Positions 50,753 to 59,746 of a stretch of DNA of 64,000 nucleotides are shown in pieces. This stretch comes from Minisyncoccota bacterium (GTDB lineage Bacteria; Patescibacteriota; Microgenomatia; UBA1400; PJMF01), in contig JAACWQ010000004.1 in assembly GCA_009991965.1 (NCBI GenBank), positions 42,074 through 106,073 on the forward strand, in the 5' to 3' direction. The first letter of the stretch is position 1; every line of letters starts with the position of its first letter. The notes beneath the pieces are model-generated. The model was not told where the DNA came from. It saw only the letters and a program-made list of their open reading frames with translations, and made no database searches. Made by a program: the position numbers and the translations under genes.

Positions 50753-53464
50753 TTATCTTGCTGGTGGTACAAAATTGAAGTTTTTCAGCGTAGCCGTGAC
50801 TTGATTCACCCAGGGAGTAATTTGTGCTGCTCTTTGATCTGCAGTCATGCCAGAAACCTGATCCATCAGCGTGTTAATGCTTGCTACCGCTTGTTTGGAT
50901 GATTCACCTAGTTGATTCGTTTGCTCAAGCGTCAAAACCTGCTGTGGTGCAGCTACATCAAATTTTTCCACCACTTCTCTGATCTGGTGCATTCTTTCGG
51001 GAGTAAAGTACTGCTGTACTGCTTTTATGGCAGTGTCTAGTTGTTCAGAACCCTGTGGGGACTGTTGGAAAAGCTTGCTCAACTGTTCCGCAGTTTGAGC
51101 GAATGAATTATTTATCACTACGGCTGCGTCTGGTGTTACTTGAGCACCTTGTGAGGTTGCATCTGTAATCGTACGCAGGACCTCATCTGATAGTATTTTG
51201 TTTATTGGACTAGCAGCTATTTCACCTGCTGGTGGTGTTACTACAACAGCACTGGCTTGGGTTTCATTCAAAAGCTTATAACCAACCTCTGCCACGGACT
51301 CTCCCAACGCTCCACTAAAAAATGCAAAAAGAAATCGTGATCTGGCTTGAACACCATGCGCAATGCCACTTGCTCCCTGAGCCATCTTTCTGAGGAAAGC
51401 AGGCAGAGCTTCATTTTCACTCATACCAGCTAATCCTCCGCGCACGTAGGTGCCTAGCACTGTTTCGCCCAATGCCGCTGTTGTCAACAAACCCGCACTA
51501 GATAAAGTTATTCTTGTTCCTGGATCAACTCCCATTACACCAAATGCAGCTGAAGCAGCTGCGCCAGTTAATACTGTACCTGTTGTCTGCAGAGCCTTTT
51601 TGAAAAATTCTTTTTTACCAGAAGATAAGCTAGAAGCCTCGACAGCTTTTTGAGAAGCATCTAACTGTTCACTCTCGAAGGGGCGTTCTTGAGCGTGTTC
51701 GGCATTGGGATGAATTTTGGCTTTTTCGATGAGTTTTCTAAATTTTTTCTCTGATTCAGCATCAAATCCCAATTCTCCAAACGTATCTATCGCATGTTGC
51801 GCTAAAGCAAGTATTAGTTCACCTACTGCGCGATTGCTTTTTGCTGTTCCATCCTTGATCATCACATCGGTAACTCGAGAAACATATTCCAAATCCAACT
51901 TAGATAGCCGCTTTTCTTCTTCACGAGCACCATGTTCCGCTTTTAGTTTAGCTTCAATTTCTTGTTGTCTAGCAGACGAAGCCATTTCACCAGATTCAAC
52001 TGTCTGTTTGGCTACTGTGTCAGGAGACTTTGGCGCCTTACCTGGGAAGAATTTCTGCCACCATCCCCCCTGCTTTTTCGGTTTTTCTGTAGCTGGCTGT
52101 TGAACTTCTTGCTGTAATTTTGCAAGTTTTTCCTTGTCTGCCGCAATTTCACGATTGAGCTGTAAAATTGCCGAGGAATCTGTAGCAATCTTAGCTTGCT
52201 CTAGTTTTATTTCATTAGCTTGGATTCTGTCAGAAATTGTGTTGCTATCTTCTGCTTGTGTCGCTTTTTCTTCAAGAGGTTGTACTTCCTGTTGAAATTC
52301 TTCCTCAGTATTTTTGACCTCACCAGCTTCTGGCACTCCATACGCATCAATCAACTGATCTGCATCTGAAATTAGTAGTTCAGACAGTGCTGGTTTCACC
52401 TTAGAAGCAAACCACCCTCTCATTTTGCTCAAAAAACCTTGCCTTGCCGGTGGCTTCCATTCTGTATCCAAAAAGCTAGCTACTATTTCCCCGATAAGCT
52501 GAGATCGTTCGCTATCATTCAAAATTTTGAATGATTCTTGATATTTTCTGTCAAGAGCTTTTTGTAATTCTTGAGACAAGACTTCATTGGTCAAAAGTTG
52601 ATCAAAAGCAGTTTTCAAACCTGCTTCTATAGCAGTGCGGAGTTCTTCTGGCTCGCCCGCACCATCAGTCAGAGCGGTGATAAATCCACCTTTGTAGGTT
52701 GCAACGACATTGAGTCGATCTGCCAATGCATTCCAGACCGGTTTTCCCGAATTCTTTAAAATCTTAAGTAATCTGCTGTATCTGTTTTCTGGAGATTTTG
52801 GAATACCAGCGAGAGGATTTTCTACCTTGGCTGTTGGCTCTGCTTGCGTTTCAGCATGAACTATTGTTTGGTCGACAGTCTGCGAAGCAGCTTCCAAACG
52901 AGTAGGATCGAGCAATGAAAGCAGATAGTGGACTTGATTAGAATCGGGGAGAATTTTAACACCCGTCTCAGTGTCATAATTACTCACTACTTGCCACTGC
53001 TGAGCAGCCGTACTTACATCTTTACTGAACCGTATACTCGATGCCAAAGCCCTTTGTCCTGAGAGCGTTATTTCAATTATTCCGGAGGGTTCTACTGTAA
53101 CTGTATATGAAAAATCTTCAGCTTTGCTTGTAAAAGTGGCGCTCTCACCTTGCTTCGCACCCAGCTGCAATAGCCGTGCATCGAGCTCCGCTAACTTGGC
53201 CATATCACTAGGATCAGTTATCTCAAAACCTGATTTTTGCTCATCATTAGCAGCTGGTGGCCTACCTTCCACCACCTCGCCACCGAGACTGTGACCTCTC
53301 TCTAGGTGCTCTTCTATCGCTGCGTCACGTTCTTTATCAAATGATGTGAAATGACCACCAGAATCTCTGACACGTCCCGCATCACTGTTCCAAGACTGTT
53401 GCCAAGCAGGTGCTCCATTTCCTTCTACCATACTATCTTCCTTGTGTACGTTAACCGCGTTCAT
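50753..53464 (-). CDS. Large hypothetical protein (coiled-coil and Gly/Ala-rich hydrophobic segments)
   Basis: 903-aa ORF. Confidence 0.75.
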   Translation of the reverse strand: MNAVNVHKEDSMVEGNGAPAWQQSWNSDAGRVRDSGGHFTSFDKERDAAIEEHLERGHSLGGEVVEGRPPAANDEQKSGFEITDPSDMAKLAELDARLLQLGAKQGESATFTSKAEDFSYTVTVEPSGIIEITLSGQRALASSIRFSKDVSTAAQQWQVVSNYDTETGVKILPDSNQVHYLLSLLDPTRLEAASQTVDQTIVHAETQAEPTAKVENPLAGIPKSPENRYSRLLKILKNSGKPVWNALADRLNVVATYKGGFITALTDGAGEPEELRTAIEAGLKTAFDQLLTNEVLSQELQKALDRKYQESFKILNDSERSQLIGEIVASFLDTEWKPPARQGFLSKMRGWFASKVKPALSELLISDADQLIDAYGVPEAGEVKNTEEEFQQEVQPLEEKATQAEDSNTISDRIQANEIKLEQAKIATDSSAILQLNREIAADKEKLAKLQQEVQQPATEKPKKQGGWWQKFFPGKAPKSPDTVAKQTVESGEMASSARQQEIEAKLKAEHGAREEEKRLSKLDLEYVSRVTDVMIKDGTAKSNRAVGELILALAQHAIDTFGELGFDAESEKKFRKLIEKAKIHPNAEHAQERPFESEQLDASQKAVEASSLSSGKKEFFKKALQTTGTVLTGAAASAAFGVMGVDPGTRITLSSAGLLTTAALGETVLGTYVRGGLAGMSENEALPAFLRKMAQGASGIAHGVQARSRFLFAFFSGALGESVAEVGYKLLNETQASAVVVTPPAGEIAASPINKILSDEVLRTITDATSQGAQVTPDAAVVINNSFAQTAEQLSKLFQQSPQGSEQLDTAIKAVQQYFTPERMHQIREVVEKFDVAAPQQVLTLEQTNQLGESSKQAVASINTLMDQVSGMTADQRAAQITPWVNQVTATLKNFNFVPPAR

Positions 53465-53509
53465 TCTACAACTAAATAACTCTTGTACACAACTAGGGTT
53501 GTGTCTAAC

Positions 53510-56500
53510 CTATATCGGACACGCTCCGCTCTCACACTGCAAATGCACGTAGTCGATGTCTTCAAATAGTGATTCATCCTTTTCAATCTCATCGAGTACA
53601 CGCATGAACTCACTGATGGTCACCGGTTGCTCTGGCTGGTACTCATACGCGGTCGCATCTTGTTGTGGCATAACCGAGCAACACTTGACTAAACCCTGGT
53701 ATTTACGCACCATCTCAGCATACTTTTTGAAAGTGATTTTGATGGGATCGTACTTGAGCGTGTAAGACACTTGGTTGCCCGTATCTTCGAGTGGCTTGTT
53801 GTTTTCATCGACACCAACAATCCAGTATTTTTCGAGAAGCATCAGCCATTTGTACTGTTCTTCTGGGGTAGCCTCACCGGCAGTGACGAGTTCACCATTC
53901 ATACCCAGTCTGCAAATCAGTGGTTGGGTGGGAAATCCGACGGCCGTCGATCCTTGGTAACTTTGCAAGACTTTAATCGGATAGTGCTTGTCTTTGTATT
54001 TTTTCACTTGCGGATCATCGGAGCGATACTGCACCCAGCGAATATACTCACGCATACTTGGCAAATGAGCGCCCTCGGTTAGCGCAAACAGCTTGGAAAT
54101 CGTACCCGATGGTTTGATGGTCGTATTGGTATGTGGCACTACTACCTTCAGTTTTTTGGAGTAGTTCTCGGCCTCATCAACCACGGCACGCTTGAAACGA
54201 GCAATCGTTTGCCAAAATGCTTGTGATTTTCCTTCGTCAATCAAATCTCGGAAAGAAAATCCAAAGGTGTTCCAGGCAAATTCGTGGATACCAGTCATAC
54301 CTACACCAATCCGGTTGGTGCGCTTGACCTCACGGTTGTACAAACTATCCATGTAGGTGTTGACCCGAATCAGTGCGCGCGTGGCCGCACGAAAACCTTC
54401 TTCGGCGTCATCTATCGTTGGCGCATAGTACGGCACTACATCGGCAATCACACAGTAGCCACCAAGCATGTTGAGGGAAATCTCGCCGCAAGGGTTGGGA
54501 ATCTGTGAGTATAGCTTGGCGCCTGCATTGCGAGCCAAGTGTGAGAGCATTTTTTCGGTGCGCTTGAGCGGCTGATATTTTTTGCTCTGGGCATATTTAC
54601 CATCTTGGTAACCCTCATAGCCAGCATCATTTTGCACCAATCGGTGTTGATTAATAAATCCCGGTTCACCCGTACCATCTTCGTAACTTGCTTTGAGAAT
54701 CATTTCTAGCACTTTGCGAGCGTGGCTACTTTTTTGTTTCCAAAATTTCTCATCGACCGCTACTGAGTTATTGGCACTCCACAAAAAGCCACCGCGCTTG
54801 ATCGAGATAAAATCAAAAATCTCAGGATCAGTCCACACCTTGGTCGCGATACGGGCACTTCTCCTAGCCCCACCCACCAAAACACATTCTGCCAAGTAGT
54901 GATCGACAAACATGGCTTGTTTCCAAAGTGGTAAATCAGCACCCTTGATAGTGGCAAGCTTGTCAATCGAGTTCATCAGTGGCTTAGGACCAGAAGATGG
55001 CCGATCTTGCATCCCTTTAATTGGCATACCTTTGGCGCGTACTTTGGAAAAATCTAGAATTAAGAGATCATCTTTAAACTTTTTTTCGTACGCCATGATC
55101 TCGATCATCTCAACTGCCTGCGCCCAACCTTCTCGGCTATCGGGCACTTCAAACCAGTGAATATTATCACCATCGCCATATTTGTGTTTGGCATCGCGCA
55201 CACTCTCATCGACCCCCCAAACAAAATCTGGGTGCTCTGCCGACATGACACAGCGCACATTGGGCATGTTATCCCAATTGACTATGCACATGTCATCGTC
55301 GTATGGTCGGCCGACTCCTGAGCCATTCATGAGCAAGTAAAAAAGCGTGTAAGAACTTGATGCCGTACTGCAATTGCCCGTCAACAATCCATTTGCTAAA
55401 ACAAAACCGGTGGTGACTGGTTCTTCGACACAATAGACTTCTTCTTCGCCGACTGGCTCGATAGTGGCAACCTTGCGTACAGCTGAACGAGACAACCGCA
55501 CACAATGCAAGTCCTTACCATTGGGATAACTACCATCACCCTCTTTTCTCTCGAGAACTCGGTGTGAAGTAATAATATATCCAGCATATGCTGCGTAGTC
55601 TTCAAGCCAGGCTATTGCATCCTCTCTGGTTGTGGATATTTCAATACTTTTGGTAGTAGTAAGAGTTTTTGAACCATCAGCCAACCACCACCCTTTAATA
55701 AAGCCAGCAATGTACGTCGGATCGAGTGTGAATGGCAAATCTTTTAGGAAAGATTTTCTGCCTAAATATGCAACTGGATCACCAGCAGCATGTTTTGGAT
55801 AAGAAACAACGTAGTTTTCAAAGTATTTGAGAAATTTTTTGTCTCCACCACACAAACGAATGGCAGGATAGTCTCTGCCTTGAGCAGCTATCACGTCTGG
55901 ATAATCGCGTCGATTTTTATGCGCTGAGCCGTCACCAAAAATAAGTCCGTGTTGAATACCTTCTAGGGCTTCTTCTTCAAGTGTTGGTGCTGTTGCCAAG
56001 GATTGACCAACTTGCAAATCATCAGTTATTGAGCCGTCTTCGAGAAACCAGCGGTGATTGCGGGTTGCTAGTACCTCATGTGAGTAGTTGCTTGTGCCTG
56101 TTTTTGGTACAAATGTTATCTTAAAGAGCTTTTGCTTGCCGTACGCTTTTACATTCGCCTCTCTCCACTCCCCATCAGCTGCTTTGACTGTAACGACTTG
56201 TCCAACTACTTTGTGAATCTCTATTGGTCCATTCTCTTGAGTCAAAATTTTGGTATTTTTTTCGAGGCAATTAGTAAAAACTTCCATATTGCGCTTTGGC
56301 TGCGTTTTATCTCCGTGTTGCAGATGTCTGCCAGACATGAGAACAGAACCATTGGCAATATGCTTGGCCAAAAGCTTACGCTCTGCTGTTTTGTGCGCGG
56401 GGAATTGTGAACCCAAGAGAGCAGTATTTCCCAACGCAACGCGCTCTGCCACCTCGTGCCAAGTTTCCCAGCGCTCTCGCTTGGTGTTCCTATCGATTAT

Positions 56501-56608
56501 CCTACGCAAATATGTTCGTCTTGCTACTGCTCTGCCCATGCCGTTATCGAGTTTGCGATCGGTGAACTTCATTTTTACTTTTGGTAAGGTTGGTGTAGCT
56601 GATGACAT
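53510..56608 (-). CDS. nrdJ: Class II (B12-dependent) ribonucleotide reductase with intein
   Basis: GGARRSA, NPCGEI, TIKPSGT, C-terminal CESGACPI. Confidence 0.9.
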   Translation of the reverse strand: MSSATPTLPKVKMKFTDRKLDNGMGRAVARRTYLRRIIDRNTKRERWETWHEVAERVALGNTALLGSQFPAHKTAERKLLAKHIANGSVLMSGRHLQHGDKTQPKRNMEVFTNCLEKNTKILTQENGPIEIHKVVGQVVTVKAADGEWREANVKAYGKQKLFKITFVPKTGTSNYSHEVLATRNHRWFLEDGSITDDLQVGQSLATAPTLEEEALEGIQHGLIFGDGSAHKNRRDYPDVIAAQGRDYPAIRLCGGDKKFLKYFENYVVSYPKHAAGDPVAYLGRKSFLKDLPFTLDPTYIAGFIKGWWLADGSKTLTTTKSIEISTTREDAIAWLEDYAAYAGYIITSHRVLERKEGDGSYPNGKDLHCVRLSRSAVRKVATIEPVGEEEVYCVEEPVTTGFVLANGLLTGNCSTASSSYTLFYLLMNGSGVGRPYDDDMCIVNWDNMPNVRCVMSAEHPDFVWGVDESVRDAKHKYGDGDNIHWFEVPDSREGWAQAVEMIEIMAYEKKFKDDLLILDFSKVRAKGMPIKGMQDRPSSGPKPLMNSIDKLATIKGADLPLWKQAMFVDHYLAECVLVGGARRSARIATKVWTDPEIFDFISIKRGGFLWSANNSVAVDEKFWKQKSSHARKVLEMILKASYEDGTGEPGFINQHRLVQNDAGYEGYQDGKYAQSKKYQPLKRTEKMLSHLARNAGAKLYSQIPNPCGEISLNMLGGYCVIADVVPYYAPTIDDAEEGFRAATRALIRVNTYMDSLYNREVKRTNRIGVGMTGIHEFAWNTFGFSFRDLIDEGKSQAFWQTIARFKRAVVDEAENYSKKLKVVVPHTNTTIKPSGTISKLFALTEGAHLPSMREYIRWVQYRSDDPQVKKYKDKHYPIKVLQSYQGSTAVGFPTQPLICRLGMNGELVTAGEATPEEQYKWLMLLEKYWIVGVDENNKPLEDTGNQVSYTLKYDPIKITFKKYAEMVRKYQGLVKCCSVMPQQDATAYEYQPEQPVTISEFMRVLDEIEKDESLFEDIDYVHLQCESGACPI
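55373..56269 (-). mobile_element. Intein (299 aa) with LAGLIDADG endonuclease
   Basis: Starts CLEKNTKI, block B TRNHRW, GLIFGDGS and GWWLADGS motifs, ends LLTGN|C. Confidence 0.92.
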
Positions 56609-57078
56609 TAAGTTCCTTGTGGGGTTGGTACTGTGGTTAATCGATCAAGTTCATTGCGGAAGTCTTCGATACTATCAAAATCTCGATAGACACTGGCAAA
56701 GAGAAGATATGATAATTCATCAAGTTTGCGCAGACGATTGAGAACCAAGTTGCCGATCTCCCAACTTTTTACTTCTGCGGTCTCTTTGCGACGCAAGCGG
56801 CGCTCTACATCGTTGAGTAATTCGTTAACATCGCTCATAGGAATTGGTCGCTTCCAGGTTGCTTTCATCAGGCCTCGTTGTAATTTCTCTCGAGAGAAGT
56901 CTTCTTTTGTGCCGTCTTTTTTTAACACTTTGAGATCAATGCCTTCGATGCGCTCATAGGTCGTAAAGCGCTTTTCGCACAAACCACATTGGCGGCGGCG
57001 GCGGATTGTGGTCTGGTCTTCTGCCTCGCGGGAATCAACAACGCTGGTCTCCGCAGTATCGCAGTACGGACATTTCAT
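56608..57078 (-). CDS. nrdR: Transcriptional repressor NrdR
   Basis: CPYC..DSR..IRRRRQC..RFTTYE, ATP cone. Confidence 0.97.
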   Translation of the reverse strand: MKCPYCDTAETSVVDSREAEDQTTIRRRRQCGLCEKRFTTYERIEGIDLKVLKKDGTKEDFSREKLQRGLMKATWKRPIPMSDVNELLNDVERRLRRKETAEVKSWEIGNLVLNRLRKLDELSYLLFASVYRDFDSIEDFRNELDRLTTVPTPQGT

Positions 57079-57108
57079 AAACAATTCCTACATATGTATT
57101 ATGTAAAA

Positions 57109-57156
57109 ACACTTCAAGTTGTGTTTTTAGACAAACTGATGCACTATATGTTGTGC
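57109..57156. promoter_or_regulatory. Tandem NrdR boxes
   Basis: ACACTTCAAGTTGTGT (57109) and GCACTATATGTTGTGC (57141), 32 bp apart; possible third box at 57185-57200. Confidence 0.8.
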
Positions 57157-57237
57157 TTCTCAGTTCTTTTGGAGAACAAGAATCTCACATTCTGTTGTGA
57201 GCGTCAACTGATATAAAAGATATCAATCACAAACGAA

Positions 57238-57783
57238 CTAGTGAGTCTCAGACGGAAGGTTTTGGTAGAGCGAAATGCTTTCTGTGAGCATGTCGGACAC
57301 TTGTTGTTGGTCTTCCATCGGGAATGACGAAAGAAGTTGGGTTGTTCGTTTAATGTGGGCGCGGAGCGCGCGGCGGAGGTACTGCTTGGTCGCGATAGGA
57401 CAGCTCCCTTCTGCAGTTGCTTCGTTGTTTGCTACAAGCAAGTAGTGTTGCGATTTTTTGAGCGTTATAAGGGCAAGTTGTGGTTTGTTCTTTTGCAGTA
57501 AGCTGGCGGCAGACTTAAGACGATCAAATGCGAGCGAGACTTCTTTCGTCGCTCGATTTTCTGGAGAAGTGGTGAGCAGTGCCACTCTGTCGATAATCAT
57601 AGCTGCTGGATAGAGTACGTGGTCGGGCAACATGCGTGTGCCAACATAGAGCGAGGTCTCTCGTTCCGGAGGGGCGTCGTAAGCAAACGGCTGGCTTGCT
57701 GATAATAAGGATATTCCAAGGATCGCGCCACCGAATAGGAGACTACCGGTATACGAAATAGCTTTGGCTCGTTTTGACAACAT
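57238..57783 (-). CDS. DUF5667-like protein
   Basis: TM then MLPDHVLYP motif. Confidence 0.65.
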   Translation of the reverse strand: MLSKRAKAISYTGSLLFGGAILGISLLSASQPFAYDAPPERETSLYVGTRMLPDHVLYPAAMIIDRVALLTTSPENRATKEVSLAFDRLKSAASLLQKNKPQLALITLKKSQHYLLVANNEATAEGSCPIATKQYLRRALRAHIKRTTQLLSSFPMEDQQQVSDMLTESISLYQNLPSETH

Positions 57784-57837
57784 AATTTCTCTAGGTCAAC
57801 AATCAGGAAGTACAGATTCTAACACTCCAAGCAGCAA

Positions 57838-58521
57838 TTACCAACCGTAGCTTAATAGCACTAATCCCCAAATTGTATGACTCAATACCAATGCATAGGC
57901 ATTCTTGCGAGCGGCAAACAGATACGCTTGCCCCAGCGCAAATAAGAATAATAAAAACAACACTCCAGAAACTGCGCCTATCTCAAAACGCAGAAACGCA
58001 TTTGGGATGTGAAATAGTACAAAAATACTACTCGTCAATACTGCCTGCCGAGAGAGCGACCATTTGGGGTACTTTTCTCGAATCATCGTCATCGCAAAGC
58101 TGTAGAAAACAAGCGTTTCCCAAAAGGCGGTGCAGATGGCGAGCACAAACTCTCCCCAAAACTCTGGCGCAACAAACAAAGGTGTAGCCTGCAACAGCGT
58201 ACCTTTACTGAATACTGACAAAATTGCTGCAACAAATCCAAACACCCCACCGATCGCAACTCCCAAGAGTAGACCTTTATATAATCTGCCAGGAGCAAAA
58301 CTATCTACAATCGCTTTGTTGCGCGTCATGGTGACAAATAACCATACGGGCACGCCAAAAAAGAGTGCTTTACCTATTGATTCGTCAAACCACACAGGAA
58401 AGGCGAAGAGCGACCGATACAGCATCCAGAGGATGAAAATGAGGGTGAGGACGGGAAAAAAGGCTATGCGGGCGGCTTTGGGATATGCGGTGAGTGAGTT
58501 ACTTTTTTTGGGTGATGGCAT
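57838..58521 (-). CDS. CPBP family intramembrane protease-like protein
   Basis: Multi-TM, WETLVF, FVLFH, SHTIW. Confidence 0.7.
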   Translation of the reverse strand: MPSPKKSNSLTAYPKAARIAFFPVLTLIFILWMLYRSLFAFPVWFDESIGKALFFGVPVWLFVTMTRNKAIVDSFAPGRLYKGLLLGVAIGGVFGFVAAILSVFSKGTLLQATPLFVAPEFWGEFVLAICTAFWETLVFYSFAMTMIREKYPKWSLSRQAVLTSSIFVLFHIPNAFLRFEIGAVSGVLFLLFLFALGQAYLFAARKNAYALVLSHTIWGLVLLSYGW

Positions 58522-59125
58522 GTACTACTCGCTCCAATGATTCTTGTTGGTTGCTCGCAAACGTATCTATCACTAGATCGTACAAACCCTGGTGCCAAAA
58601 ATCAATGGGATCACTCGGCCTCATTGTGCCCGGCTTGACCACCCACTCCTGCCATTGCTCCTTATACATACGACGCCATTTTTGCGCATTTACCTCATAG
58701 CGATAATTCATGTTGGCAATTGCTTTGTCTGGCGTCACCCCATCGCGGTTCACAATCCGATCAACACGAACTGATTTATCACTACACTTCATCAAAATTT
58801 TGAGCGTTCCTGGCACCTGCTGTGCCAAAAATCCAGACAACCAAGACTCCAACACCCAGTGCGACTCTGTTTGTAGTTTCGTGCGCATATCCATATCTAC
58901 TTGTAAATCAAAATCATCAGGGTAGGCACCGGCACTATGATGAAGCTCTCCCGCTGCGTCAAGTAAACCTTGTTGCTTGGCAAAATCACGCATGTAACCG
59001 CCGCCGTTATATCCCACCCAACCATCAAACTTGAGTTCTTCGCGCAATGAATCGAGCAGCGTCGTTGAGCCAGAACCAGGTAAGCCAGAAATTGTTATGT
59101 TGTTGTACAAATAACTATCATGCAT
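58499..59125 (-). CDS. Cytidylate kinase-like (archaeal-type)
   Basis: ITISGLPGSGSTT, ESWLSG, YDLVIDT. Confidence 0.75.
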   Translation of the reverse strand: MHDSYLYNNITISGLPGSGSTTLLDSLREELKFDGWVGYNGGGYMRDFAKQQGLLDAAGELHHSAGAYPDDFDLQVDMDMRTKLQTESHWVLESWLSGFLAQQVPGTLKILMKCSDKSVRVDRIVNRDGVTPDKAIANMNYRYEVNAQKWRRMYKEQWQEWVVKPGTMRPSDPIDFWHQGLYDLVIDTFASNQQESLERVVHAITQKK

Positions 59126-59178
59126 GACATTACCTTGTCTAAGATGAGGCGCATTATACGCATAGCCCCCCCGTTTAC

Positions 59179-59712
59179 TCAAGCGCTCTTCTCTCTACGC
59201 TGTAATCGCAGTTCATCCCACTGACAAGCGACAGCTGCTTTCATTGCAGTTGCAAGCATTTCAAGCCGTTTCCCTGCCGTGGGCAAATCAATTTGAGAAG
59301 TCTTTTTGGGGAAAAAATGAAACGTTTGATTGCGACAAATAAGCCAAGTATCCCAGAGCATACGCGTGGTACGTTGACCACACAAACGAGCAACATCGTC
59401 AAATAACCACCACTCGTCTCGCTGGTTTTCATGCACGTCTGGGTTGAGTGCGCGCCCAATGCGAAATCGCTCGCCTTCATATGTTTGAGTCGTAATTAGA
59501 CCGAGATCAAAAAAGTACTGTTTCAAGAAACCCTCGTAACCTTTCGACATCGGAAATACGACAAATGAATAATCTAGAAACTTGTTCGGCTCCTTACACT
59601 CACGCTCATACAACTTGAGCGCTGTCGCGACTTGCGTCTGTACTTCTGGCAAGAGGTATGAACTCCATGATGCATTGCTTAACTCGAGTAGAAATTGTGA
59701 TGAGGGTGACAT
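59179..59712 (-). CDS. HEPN/RnlA-like protein
   Basis: DYSFVVFP..KGYEGFLK and RNQTFH (Rx4H). Confidence 0.65.
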   Translation of the reverse strand: MSPSSQFLLELSNASWSSYLLPEVQTQVATALKLYERECKEPNKFLDYSFVVFPMSKGYEGFLKQYFFDLGLITTQTYEGERFRIGRALNPDVHENQRDEWWLFDDVARLCGQRTTRMLWDTWLICRNQTFHFFPKKTSQIDLPTAGKRLEMLATAMKAAVACQWDELRLQRREKSA

Positions 59713-59746
59713 AAATTCTGCTACACTAGTAGTCTCAAAAGCATAC

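Noticed and set aside
53486-53505. ACACAAC/GTTGTGT palindrome as an NrdR box
   Set aside because: Lies downstream of nrdJ with wrong spacing; more likely a terminator-type hairpin
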